Shown one piece after another: positions 1-8,075 of a stretch of DNA of 34,360 nucleotides (positions are counted from its first letter, which is position 1; the number at the start of each line of letters is the position of its first letter). Source of the DNA: Acidobacteriota bacterium (GTDB taxonomy: Bacteria; Acidobacteriota; Thermoanaerobaculia; Multivoradales; UBA5704); NCBI GenBank assembly GCA_040005235.1, contig JBDTZG010000057.1, positions 1 through 34,360 of the forward strand. The letters run 5' to 3'. A program made the position numbers and the translations under genes. Below the pieces are notes generated by a model. It was not told the DNA's origin and searched no databases. It saw only the letters and a list, made by a program, of their open reading frames with translations.

Positions 1-535
1 TGCCGAAGTGCTGGTCTTTTTCGACGCCGACCTGACCGGAGTGGTCCCCGAGCACTTTGAGGAGCTGGCCGCTCCGGTGCTTGACGGACCGTTTGCGCTC
101 TCCTGCGGCGTGCTTTCCTATGGGCCGCTCCGGGATCCCCTCTTCTTGCGCCTACCGCCGATCACCGGCCTCCGTGCCTTGAGGCGCAAAGTCTTCGAGG
201 CGGTCGACTTGGCGAACAGCCGGGGATTTCAGATCGAGATCCTGATCAACGAGGCGGTCGTCCGCCATGGGTGGCCGAGCTCGATCCGCAGCCTGGCCGG
301 CCTGCACCATCGAACGAAAGTCGCCAAACGCGGTTGGCGCGTCGGTTTGGCCGCCAGCCTCGCGATGTGGAGCGATCTGCTCGCCTGCCTGCGCACCGTC
401 CCGTTGTGGACCTATCCCGCCTACCTGCGCGGCCTGACGCTCCTGCCGCCCGTCCCTCAGCTAGACTCCGTATCTATCGATCCAGCAAGAGAGCCGGCCG
501 GCGAGGCGTCATCCAGTTCGGCCGCTACTCCGTAG
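1..535 (+). CDS. Glycosyltransferase family 2 (GT-A fold), 5'-truncated by the window edge
   Basis: The frame is open to the left edge. It has LVFFDADL (DxD after a hydrophobic strand), then ITGLRALRR and GFQIEILIN, typical of GT2 C-terminal halves. Confidence 0.8.
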   Translation, partial: AEVLVFFDADLTGVVPEHFEELAAPVLDGPFALSCGVLSYGPLRDPLFLRLPPITGLRALRRKVFEAVDLANSRGFQIEILINEAVVRHGWPSSIRSLAGLHHRTKVAKRGWRVGLAASLAMWSDLLACLRTVPLWTYPAYLRGLTLLPPVPQLDSVSIDPAREPAGEASSSSAATP

Positions 536-543
536 AGGTGGAT

Positions 544-1341
544 ATGAAACGAACCCAGCTCGCTTTTTCGCTCCTCGCACTTCCCGTCCTCCTCGGCCTG
601 CTACCTACGCCCGCGCGGGCGCAAGAGGGACCCGTGGACTACTCCGCTTGGAATCAACTCCTCGGCAAATATTACGACCCTGCCCGGGGTATGAACTACA
701 AGGCGCTCAAGGCGAACGACACCCCGGCGCTCAAGCAGCTGCGCCAGAAGATGGCGACAGTCGACGTTGCCTCCCTGCCCAAGAACGACCAGTTCGCCTA
801 CTGGATCAACCTATACAACATCTCGGTGGTCGCGACCGTGGTCGATGGTTACCCGGTCGCGTCGATTCGCGATCTTTCGACCGACCCGATCGTCCGCCTC
901 AACGTTTTCAAGAAGGACACGATCGCGATCAAGGGCGGGAAGATCTCCCTCGACACGATCGAGAACCAAAAGATCCGCCCGGTGTTCAAAGATCCCCGCA
1001 TCCACTTCGCGATCAACTGCGCCGCCAAGACCTGCCCACCGATTCGCCCGGAGGCGTACGTCGGCGCCCGGATCGGCGGCCAGCTCGACGACCAGGTGAG
1101 GAAGTTCATGACCGGTCCCTTCGGTGCCAAGTTCGAGAAGGACGGCAAATCGCTGACCGTTACCGTGACCAAGATCATGGATTGGTTCAAGGACGACTTC
1201 GAGAAGTGGGGAGGCGGACGGACCGCGTTCCTCCATAAATTCGTTCCGGCCGACAAGCAGAAGATGCTCGACGCCGCGAAAGGCGACGTCGATTTCGAGT
1301 TTGCACCGTATGATTGGAAGTTGAACGACACTTCCAAATAG
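544..1341 (+). CDS. Secreted DUF547-domain protein
   Basis: ATG at 544 follows GAGGTG and begins a signal peptide ending in ARA|Q. Motifs AYWINLYN and DPRIHFAINCAAKTCPP are characteristic of DUF547. The ORF-track start at 271 overlaps the upstream gene and is rejected. Confidence 0.9.
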   Translation: MKRTQLAFSLLALPVLLGLLPTPARAQEGPVDYSAWNQLLGKYYDPARGMNYKALKANDTPALKQLRQKMATVDVASLPKNDQFAYWINLYNISVVATVVDGYPVASIRDLSTDPIVRLNVFKKDTIAIKGGKISLDTIENQKIRPVFKDPRIHFAINCAAKTCPPIRPEAYVGARIGGQLDDQVRKFMTGPFGAKFEKDGKSLTVTVTKIMDWFKDDFEKWGGGRTAFLHKFVPADKQKMLDAAKGDVDFEFAPYDWKLNDTSK

Positions 1342-1350
1342 GAGAGCTCG

Positions 1351-2721
1351 TTGCGCGGAGAGCCAGGTACAGTTCGGCGGGCGTTCGAGCTTTTGCGCCA
1401 TCCGGCGACGGTAGAGAAGGAGGCCCTGCTCGCGGCCCGCTGGGCGGAGCTTCCTGACGAGATGCGCCTGCCGGGCCAGGGGCTCGGCCAGAAAGCGACC
1501 GGCTGCGGTGCCACGATCGGCATCCAGCCCCGTTGCGATTTCGCCTGCACCGGCTGCTACCTGGGCAAGGACGCCAACCACGTCCCGGCCCTGCCGACCG
1601 CGGCGATCTTGCGCCAGCTCGACGCCCTGCGCGCCCGGCTCGGTCCGAAGAGCAACATCCAGATCACCGACGGCGAGGTCACGCTCCGGCCGATGCCGGA
1701 GTTGATCGAAATCCTTCGCTACGCCCGCTCGATCGGCGGCGTGCCGATGGTGATGACCCACGGCGACAACCTGCGCCGCCAGCCGGGAATGCTCGAACGG
1801 CTGATGGTCGAAGGGGGCTTGACGGAGGTCTCGATCCACATTGACATCACCCAGCGCGGCCGGGACGGGCACCACGCGCCGACCTCTGAGCTTCAGTTGA
1901 TGGAGCTGCGCGACGAATTCGCGGAGATGATCCGCACGGCGCGGAAGGCCACTGGCCGGCCGCTGCGCGCGGCGACCACGCTCACCGTAAGCCAAGACAA
2001 CCTGCCGCAGATGGCGGACGTGGTCCGCTGGACGGTGAAGAATCGCGACGCCTTCAGCCTGATCAGCTTCCAGCCGCTCGCCATGGTCGGCCGGACGCGG
2101 AAGAAGCTGGTCGGTGTTTCGCCCGCCGAGCTGTGGGCCGAGGTGGCCAAGGCTACCGCCGATTTCGGGCTTACGCTCCGCGACGAAGATTCGGCGGAGC
2201 CGGTGCATTTCGGCCACCCCGCCTGCACCCGTTTCGTGCCGCTGCTCGCGGTCGAACGCCCGGGCGAGGCGCCGAAGCTGATCCAACTGATCCGGCCGGT
2301 GCCGGAGGACGTGGCGATCGTCGAGCGTTTCTTTTCGAGCAAGATGGGCGGTTCCGCATTCCGCGACGACACAGGGCTAGAAGCCGTCGCCCGCGCGATC
2401 GGCCTGGTCGGCAGCGCGCCCGGCTGGTTCTTGGGGCCGGTCCGCCGCTGGCTGAAAGAACGGGCGCGCGAAGAGCTGGGCACGTCGCTCCTCGGGCTCG
2501 GCCTCGACCGCCTGCGCGGCGCGGTGCGGCTCGACGGGCTCACGCTCACCAGCCATCACTTCATGGCGCCCGCTGAGCTGCAAACCGACCTCGGCAAACA
2601 GCGCCTGGCCGCCTGCGTCTTCCGGCTGCCGCATAAGGGAGACATGGTGCCGATGTGCCAGATGAACGCCGCCGGCCAGCGCGACAAGTTTTACCAGGAG
2701 ATCATCGAAGGAGGGGACTGA
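1351..2721 (+). CDS. Radical SAM enzyme, atypical
   Basis: CDFACTGC is the CxxxCxxC cluster motif, and DGEVT sits at the GGEP position. Further motifs are SFQP...GR, HPAC and a C-terminal ACVF...VPMC. The TTG start follows GGAG, 9 nt after the DUF547 stop. Confidence 0.88.
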   Translation: MRGEPGTVRRAFELLRHPATVEKEALLAARWAELPDEMRLPGQGLGQKATGCGATIGIQPRCDFACTGCYLGKDANHVPALPTAAILRQLDALRARLGPKSNIQITDGEVTLRPMPELIEILRYARSIGGVPMVMTHGDNLRRQPGMLERLMVEGGLTEVSIHIDITQRGRDGHHAPTSELQLMELRDEFAEMIRTARKATGRPLRAATTLTVSQDNLPQMADVVRWTVKNRDAFSLISFQPLAMVGRTRKKLVGVSPAELWAEVAKATADFGLTLRDEDSAEPVHFGHPACTRFVPLLAVERPGEAPKLIQLIRPVPEDVAIVERFFSSKMGGSAFRDDTGLEAVARAIGLVGSAPGWFLGPVRRWLKERAREELGTSLLGLGLDRLRGAVRLDGLTLTSHHFMAPAELQTDLGKQRLAACVFRLPHKGDMVPMCQMNAAGQRDKFYQEIIEGGD

Positions 2722-2751
2722 GCCCCCCGAAAGCGGGCCCAGTCGAATCCA

Positions 2752-3468
2752 TTAGGGAAGTTTTGACAGGAAATTCAAGTCGGCGCTCAACCGATTCGCG
2801 GGTTGCAGGCCCCTGGCTGAGTCCGCATGGCAGAAGAGGCCGAGCTGACCCAGGCCGACGGTTTGATCGCAACCGAGGCTGAATCTCCACTTCGCGGCAA
2901 CCGGTTTGCAACCGCCGTCGTCAGGGCCGGTGTTTGACCCCGACCACTCCGCTGCCGCCAGGCTCCAATCCATGACCGGGACCGGCTTCTGGGTCGTGTC
3001 CGCCGTCACCTTGGCGTGATAGCCCAGGACGACGAACGGTCCCTTGGTGCAGCAGTTGAGGGTCTCTGTGTCACAACCGACTCCGACTTCGGCAGAGTAG
3101 GCGGTGTGGATCTCCACCCAACTGCCGACCGGTAGTTGCCCGCGAGCCGGGCAACCCCCGACCGGTCCCCCAATCGACGACGCATGCTGATCCGAGCACA
3201 GTGGCTGGAGGTTCTCGATCCAGCAGTGATAGTGCTGGCTGCAGCGGTGGAGCGTCACGGGAGGTTTTCCAGCGTCTGGGATATAGGTGATCACGTCATC
3301 GGTCGGCCCCCTCTTGATGGTCGCCGGTGCGTCCTGGGTGTTCCACTTCTCCAAACGCCGCGGCGTTTGATCCTTACAACTCTCCTGGCCGAAAGCGGTG
3401 GGTGCGATCCACAGCCCGAGCCCGCAGAAGATGACGATGCAGCGACGCATTGACGACGAGATCAGCAT
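2752..3468 (-). CDS. Secreted, Cys-rich carbonic-anhydrase-like protein (divergent alpha/delta class)
   Basis: Signal peptide (AFG|Q) and GGAG RBS. The ordered motifs QTPR, QHYH..IEN, VEIH, WSGSNTGP and ARGLQP parallel the CA motifs QSP, HxH..EH, ExH, GSxTxP and RPxQP. Confidence 0.65.
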   Translation of the reverse strand: MLISSSMRRCIVIFCGLGLWIAPTAFGQESCKDQTPRRLEKWNTQDAPATIKRGPTDDVITYIPDAGKPPVTLHRCSQHYHCWIENLQPLCSDQHASSIGGPVGGCPARGQLPVGSWVEIHTAYSAEVGVGCDTETLNCCTKGPFVVLGYHAKVTADTTQKPVPVMDWSLAAAEWSGSNTGPDDGGCKPVAAKWRFSLGCDQTVGLGQLGLFCHADSARGLQPANRLSADLNFLSKLP

Positions 3469-3629
3469 GGCTCTTTCTCCTCACGAAAGCCGCTGTTCGA
3501 TAAGCGACCGACGTGCTAAGTCCAACTTCTTGATTTGATTTTGAGATCTTAGCCCATTCTCCGGGCCGCCGCCGTTGCCGGTAACAGGGTAGAGCGCTAA
3601 ACTACAGCATCCAACGAAGGGGGAGAATC

Positions 3630-5237
3630 ATGGGATTGCTGTCGAGGGCGGCTGTTTACGCGATCGTGGCCACGGTCATCTCAGGCCAAGCACTGGCTCA
3701 AACACCGGTCCGGATGAATTGGCAAACGTTCGCCCAAGATCCCGCTCGGGTCCAAAGTTTCCGCAACGCGGTCGCGGTGATGAAGTCGCGCGACACCGCC
3801 GATCCGACGAGCGCGCTCTATCGCACCAGCTGGCAGTATTGGGGAGCGATGCACGGTTATTTCGGCACGACCTCGGTCTTCGGCACGATCGAGAAAGCGA
3901 TCGCCAAATTCAAGGCCTCGGGCGGTGACCAGAGTCTCCTTCCTTACTTCGACGGCATCACCAATATGACTCCGCCGGATGCGATCGCCGCCCAAGTCTG
4001 GGGTCAGTGCCAGCACGGCACCGATTGGTTTTTCGCCTGGCACCGGCTCTACCTCTACTACTTCGAGCAGGTCTTAGAAAGCGCCGCCAACGATCCGACG
4101 CTCCGCCTGCCCTACTGGGATTACACGACCACGTCCAATCTCGCGATGCCGGAGGCCTATACCACTCCAACCTACGTCAACGCGAAAGGGGAGACCGTGC
4201 CGAATCCGCTGTATGAAGAGCGGCGCTACCCGGGTTGGAACACTCCGACGAGCAACACACTCGATCCGGCGGATACGGACATCAACGATCAGCTTGTAGA
4301 CACGACCTTTTTCGACGTCTCGGTCAAAGGCGACGGATTTCAAAACGGCATCGAGTACAACGTGCACGGCAACGTTCACTGTTCGGTGATGGATTGTCCG
4401 GTGCCTGACATGGGGGCGGTCGGGTATTCGGCGAACGATCCGATCTTCTGGTCTCATCATGCGAATATCGACCGGATGTGGGACTGCTGGACCAGCCTGG
4501 GCAACGCCAATCCGACCGATTCGAGCTACCTGGGAAAGAAGTTCTCCTACATCGACGGGACCAGCAACCTCGTGACCAACACGGTCGCCGACCTGTCCAA
4601 CGGAAACATCAAGCTCGGCTATGTCTACCAACAGGCGAGCAACTGCGCACGAAGCAAGACCGCGACCCTGGCGGCGACTCCGGCGCCACAAGCTATGAGC
4701 GAGGATGCCTTGAAGAGCGCGCGCACGACATTGGCCAAACCGGTCATTCTTGCCAAAGAGAAAAGCTTCGCCATCGACTCGGCGGTGACCAAGAAACGGC
4801 TGCCGATCACGGGCGGAGCCGCCCTCGCGGCCCCGCGGACGCTCGCGTTCCGTGAGAACACCGCGCTGCCGGTGCGGACCGACCTGGTGCTGCGCGACAT
4901 CCGATTCGAGGCCCATCCCGGCTCGCAGTTCAACGTCTTTCTCGAGCGGCGCGACGATCCCACCAAGCGCGCCCGGGTGGGGACGTTGAGCTTCTTCGAC
5001 TCGGCGGGGAGCGGCGAGGGGCACGAGAACCACGGCGGATCCGGATCCCTGGACCGCTCTTTCGACGTCACGGACGAGCTGCGCCAGATCGCCGGAACGA
5101 AAGACGAGCTCAAAGAGGTCGAAGTCGTCTTCGAAGCGGCGAACGGACGAATCGGAGGGAAGGCCAAGCCGCACTTCAGTTCGAAGTCGAAGCTCACCGT
5201 CGGCGAGATCGAATTGCGCGTGACGGCACGCCCGTAA
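3630..5237 (+). CDS. Secreted tyrosinase / polyphenol oxidase with C-terminal beta domain
   Basis: Signal peptide (ALA|Q). CuA site: AMHG, CQHGTDWFFAWHRLYL, LPYWDY. CuB site: VHGNVH, DPIFWSHHANIDRMW. The C-terminal FNVFL..VGTLSFF..FDVT resembles PPO shielding domains. Confidence 0.93.
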   Translation: MGLLSRAAVYAIVATVISGQALAQTPVRMNWQTFAQDPARVQSFRNAVAVMKSRDTADPTSALYRTSWQYWGAMHGYFGTTSVFGTIEKAIAKFKASGGDQSLLPYFDGITNMTPPDAIAAQVWGQCQHGTDWFFAWHRLYLYYFEQVLESAANDPTLRLPYWDYTTTSNLAMPEAYTTPTYVNAKGETVPNPLYEERRYPGWNTPTSNTLDPADTDINDQLVDTTFFDVSVKGDGFQNGIEYNVHGNVHCSVMDCPVPDMGAVGYSANDPIFWSHHANIDRMWDCWTSLGNANPTDSSYLGKKFSYIDGTSNLVTNTVADLSNGNIKLGYVYQQASNCARSKTATLAATPAPQAMSEDALKSARTTLAKPVILAKEKSFAIDSAVTKKRLPITGGAALAAPRTLAFRENTALPVRTDLVLRDIRFEAHPGSQFNVFLERRDDPTKRARVGTLSFFDSAGSGEGHENHGGSGSLDRSFDVTDELRQIAGTKDELKEVEVVFEAANGRIGGKAKPHFSSKSKLTVGEIELRVTARP

Positions 5238-5247
5238 CGCCAGCCCT

Positions 5248-5285
5248 CCTCCGTGCCCGGGGAAACGGTTTCCCGGGCACAGAGG
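5248..5285. terminator. Strong GC hairpin between convergent genes
   Basis: GTGCCCGGG...CCCGGGCAC stem (5253-5280), extended by CCTC/GAGG, between the tyrosinase and epimerase stops. Confidence 0.6.
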
Positions 5286-5317
5286 CTTTCCTCCACTTGC
5301 CGATGCCTGGAGCCTTG

Positions 5318-6298
5318 CTAGGCAGCCGGAGCGGAACGCAAATACGGCAAGGTCAGGCGCAGCCCATCGTCCAGCCCGCGCGGATGCCAATCCAGCTCCC
5401 GTTGCGCCCTGGCGTCCGAGAACGCCCAATGGCGGGCGAGACTTTCGAGCTGGCCGCTGGTGAACGGCGCTTTTCGGCCGCGCAGGCGAGCGAGGCCTCG
5501 CAGGACCGGCAGGGCCGCCCGGGCGACGCCCAGAGGCAGCTCGAAACGCGGCGGCGGCGCGCCGCCCTGCGCCCGGATCTTCTCGAACAGGCCGCGGAGG
5601 GTGACGGTCTCGCCCGCCAGGATGTAGCCGGCACCGACCGCTCCGCGATCCATGGCCCGCACGATCCCATCCACCAGATCGTCGATGTACACCCAACAGG
5701 TCTTCCGATCGCCGCCGACGATGGCGGGCATCCGGCCGAGCAGGATCTGGCGGAGGATCGAATTCGCCCCTTCCTTCTTGCCCGGCGGACCGTAGACCAG
5801 GCTGGGATAGACCGTGGTGACGCGCAGCCCGCGCTTGGCCCATTCCAGGATCGCCCGCTCCCCCGCCAGCTTGGTCTCGCTGTAGATCGACGGAGCGCTC
5901 CGCGGTTTCATCGTTTCGTCCGCGGCCGAGCCGTCGTCCGGGCTGCCGCCGAACGAGGCGACTGAGGAGACCGAGAGGAACCGGCCGACGCCAAGCTTCG
6001 AAGCGAGCGAGGCGACATTCTCGCTCCCCTGGACGTTCGAGCCGCGGAAGGTCTCCGCCGCGCCCTCCATCGCCACTTCGGCGGCCGCGTGGATCACCCA
6101 GTCGGCACCCGACATTCCCTCTCTCATCGTGATCCGGTCCCGGATGTCGCCAACGAACAGAGCGGCGCCCGCCGCTTCGAGCGGAGCGCGGTTGCTGGTC
6201 GGCCGCACGAGAGCGCGCACCTCGTGACCGTCCGCCACCAATCGCTGGGCGAGAACCTTGCCGATGTAGCCGGTGCCGCCGGTCAGGAAGATGCGCAT
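5318..6298 (-). CDS. NAD-dependent epimerase/dehydratase (extended SDR, dihydroflavonol reductase/HpnA-like)
   Basis: MRIFLTGGTGYIG Rossmann motif, VIHAAA, catalytic YSETK (YxxxK), and PSLVYGPP. Start placed at ATG 6298. Confidence 0.92.
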   Translation of the reverse strand: MRIFLTGGTGYIGKVLAQRLVADGHEVRALVRPTSNRAPLEAAGAALFVGDIRDRITMREGMSGADWVIHAAAEVAMEGAAETFRGSNVQGSENVASLASKLGVGRFLSVSSVASFGGSPDDGSAADETMKPRSAPSIYSETKLAGERAILEWAKRGLRVTTVYPSLVYGPPGKKEGANSILRQILLGRMPAIVGGDRKTCWVYIDDLVDGIVRAMDRGAVGAGYILAGETVTLRGLFEKIRAQGGAPPPRFELPLGVARAALPVLRGLARLRGRKAPFTSGQLESLARHWAFSDARAQRELDWHPRGLDDGLRLTLPYLRSAPAA

Positions 6299-6315
6299 GA
6301 GTTGGGTCCGCTCAT

Positions 6316-6354
6316 ACAAAAAGCCCCGCACCAGGGAGGGATCCGATGCGGGGG
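6316..6354 (-). terminator. Rho-independent terminator
   Basis: The minus strand reads CCCCGCATCGG-atccctcc-CTGGTGCGGGG-CTTTTTGT, an 11-bp stem including G-U pairs followed by a U tract. Confidence 0.75.
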
Positions 6355-6470
6355 GAGGAGAGGGAGCTGATGATGTTGCTCGCGGTGCCGACAACCACGT
6401 GAGTCGCACCGCGGGGGGCGAGCCCAACTCCCGACCTGCCCGCCCTTGCTGATTGAAACAAGGGAAAGGT
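6316..6470 (-). ncRNA. Candidate structured small RNA or leader ending in an intrinsic terminator
   Basis: Three consecutive hairpins (6443-6464, 6381-6413, 6324-6354). A CU-rich linker precedes the last one, which is followed by CTTTTTGT on the minus strand. No family recognised. Confidence 0.45.
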
Positions 6471-6508
6471 GATCGAGATTCCTGACCATGGCAAACTGTG
6501 CATCGAAT

Positions 6509-7189
6509 TCACAATTTCCACAGCCCCATCGCCTTGTCGGCGTAGGCGTCATCCTCGACCGACCGCCGCTCGCTCAAGAGCCGGAGGGGTTCCCCAAGCG
6601 AAAACGGCGGAAGCGCGAGATGGATCGGCCGCCAGGCGCCGAGCGGGATGTCCGGATTCTCGCTCCGCTCCGAGAAGGTGGTCGCGAGCAGGTGGCGGGT
6701 GCCGCTCGCCCGGAGGTTTTTAAGGGCGGCGAGGATCTGCGCATTCGGCAGGTGGACCCAGCAGTCGCGACAAAACGCCAGATCTGCCCGCGGCGGAACC
6801 TCGGTCGCGATCTCCAACGGGAAGAAATGCCGATGCGGCCCGCCGTACTTTTTGCGGTTGTCCTCGATCAGCTCGACCACGACGTCGACCCCGGTGTAGT
6901 CGATCTCGCCAAGGTCGAGCGTCCGAAACCAGTTGAAATCGCCGCAGCCGACGTCGAGCACCGAGCGGACGCCCAGCTCCTCGAACAATTCCGGAATCTG
7001 CTGCCGCAGCGCCGCCGTGCTCCCCAACGTCGACCCCGGCCCGGAGCGCGATTCCGGATCCTCCCAAAGATTGAGCAGATAGGCGCGGGTAAACGCGCTC
7101 TTGACCTGCTCGCCCTCGCTGGCATTCCGATCCGGAGCTTCGCGGAAGCGGCGGAGGAGGTGCTCGGCGGCTTGGCGGAGGCTAGGCAT
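6509..7189 (-). CDS. Class I SAM-dependent methyltransferase
   Basis: VLDVGCGDFNW (motif I), YTGVDVV, DLAFCRD..VHL and N-terminal ESRSGPGS. The start overlaps the upstream micro-ORF stop (TAATG). Confidence 0.88.
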   Translation of the reverse strand: MPSLRQAAEHLLRRFREAPDRNASEGEQVKSAFTRAYLLNLWEDPESRSGPGSTLGSTAALRQQIPELFEELGVRSVLDVGCGDFNWFRTLDLGEIDYTGVDVVVELIEDNRKKYGGPHRHFFPLEIATEVPPRADLAFCRDCWVHLPNAQILAALKNLRASGTRHLLATTFSERSENPDIPLGAWRPIHLALPPFSLGEPLRLLSERRSVEDDAYADKAMGLWKL

Positions 7190-7365
7190 TAATCGTCTGA
7201 CCAGCTTTTGTCCTTCGAAAGGACCATCGCTTGAACGGCCACCCAGAACGGATCGAGCTCGCTACCTTCTCTTTCTACGACCCGGTTGATGGCGGCGATG
7301 AGGAGCTCACGCTCCTTCGCAGCTGTTGCCGGCCTTTTCCTCCTGGGGATTCGCCCAGCGGTCAT
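7189..7365 (-). CDS. 58-aa micro-protein, copy 1 (absent from the ORF track)
   Basis: Hand translation: MTAGRIPRRKRPATAAKERELLIAAINRVVEREGSELDPFWVAVQAMVLSKDKSWSDD*. It overlaps the HEPN stop (ATGA) and the methyltransferase start (TAATG). A paralog lies at 10268-10426. Confidence 0.75.
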   Translation of the reverse strand: MTAGRIPRRKRPATAAKERELLIAAINRVVEREGSELDPFWVAVQAMVLSKDKSWSDD

Positions 7366-7694
7366 GACAGTCCTTCCAACCGGGTACGAAGCTGGGGAAG
7401 GTCGAATCGGAGGATCTGCCAGATGAGCTCAAGATCCAACCCGAAATAGTCGTGAACGATCCGATTACGCAGCCCGGCCATCTGGTGCCAAGGTAAATCA
7501 GGAGTCCGCGCGATGAAATCCTCTGGCAGTCGTCGAGCTGCCTCCCCGACGATTTCCAGGTTCCGCACCACGGCGTCGATGGTCTTCGGATCCGCCAGAA
7601 ACTGCCCCTTTTCCATGCCATCGGTGTACTGCTCGATCTTCCGGATGGCTGCGAGCATGTCCTCGACCAAGAGGTCGGCATCGCGCCTAGGCAT
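7362..7694 (-). CDS. hepT: HEPN (DUF86) ribonuclease toxin
   Basis: DAVVRNLEIVGEAA and GLRNRIVHDY (Rx4H plus conserved Y); 110 aa; overlaps the MNT gene. Confidence 0.92.
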   Translation of the reverse strand: MPRRDADLLVEDMLAAIRKIEQYTDGMEKGQFLADPKTIDAVVRNLEIVGEAARRLPEDFIARTPDLPWHQMAGLRNRIVHDYFGLDLELIWQILRFDLPQLRTRLEGLS

Positions 7695-7977
7695 CGACCA
7701 ACTCGGGTTCGATGCGCTCCCACATCTCTTCCTTGATGGCGCGCCGGGAGACCAGGTCTACCCGGCGTCCCAGCGCTCTTTCAAGTTCGTCTCCCAGCTC
7801 GACGAACCGCAGGCCGATCGAAGGATCGACCTCCACCAGGATGTCTATATCGCTGTCTTCCCGGGCATCACCACGAGCCCAGGAACCGAACAGGGCCATG
7901 CGCTGGATTGGATACCGAAGTCGGAGCTCCGCATGTTGGTCGCGCAATGCCATGACGATGTCTGCCGTGGTTGCCAT
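7687..7977 (-). CDS. mntA: Minimal nucleotidyltransferase (MNT) antitoxin
   Basis: LFGSWARGDAREDSDIDILV (GS..DxD) and GRRVDLV. ATG 7977 follows the RBS GGAGGAGG. Confidence 0.92.
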   Translation of the reverse strand: MATTADIVMALRDQHAELRLRYPIQRMALFGSWARGDAREDSDIDILVEVDPSIGLRFVELGDELERALGRRVDLVSRRAIKEEMWERIEPELVDA

Positions 7978-7981
7978 GGTT

Positions 7982-8046
7982 GCCTCCTCCCGGTTCCGTT
8001 TCATGGTAGCACCGTGAAGTGCGGCTGATGCTTGACCGCGCACCTT
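7982..8046 (-). promoter_or_regulatory. Promoter/RBS leader of mntA-hepT, duplicated at 8710-8774
   Basis: Contains the extended -10-like TGCTACCAT and the RBS GGAGGAGG. By hand alignment it is 56/65 nt identical, ungapped, to 8710-8774. Confidence 0.55.
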
Positions 8047-8075
8047 GGGGAGATAGGAGCCTCCAGCCTTCGCCC

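Noticed and set aside
811-2286. 491-aa minus-strand ORF
   Set aside because: Antisense shadow of the DUF547 and radical SAM genes; long shadow frames are expected at this GC content.
4074-5843. 589-aa minus-strand ORF
   Set aside because: Overlaps the tyrosinase and epimerase, is Arg/Gly-rich and has no motifs.
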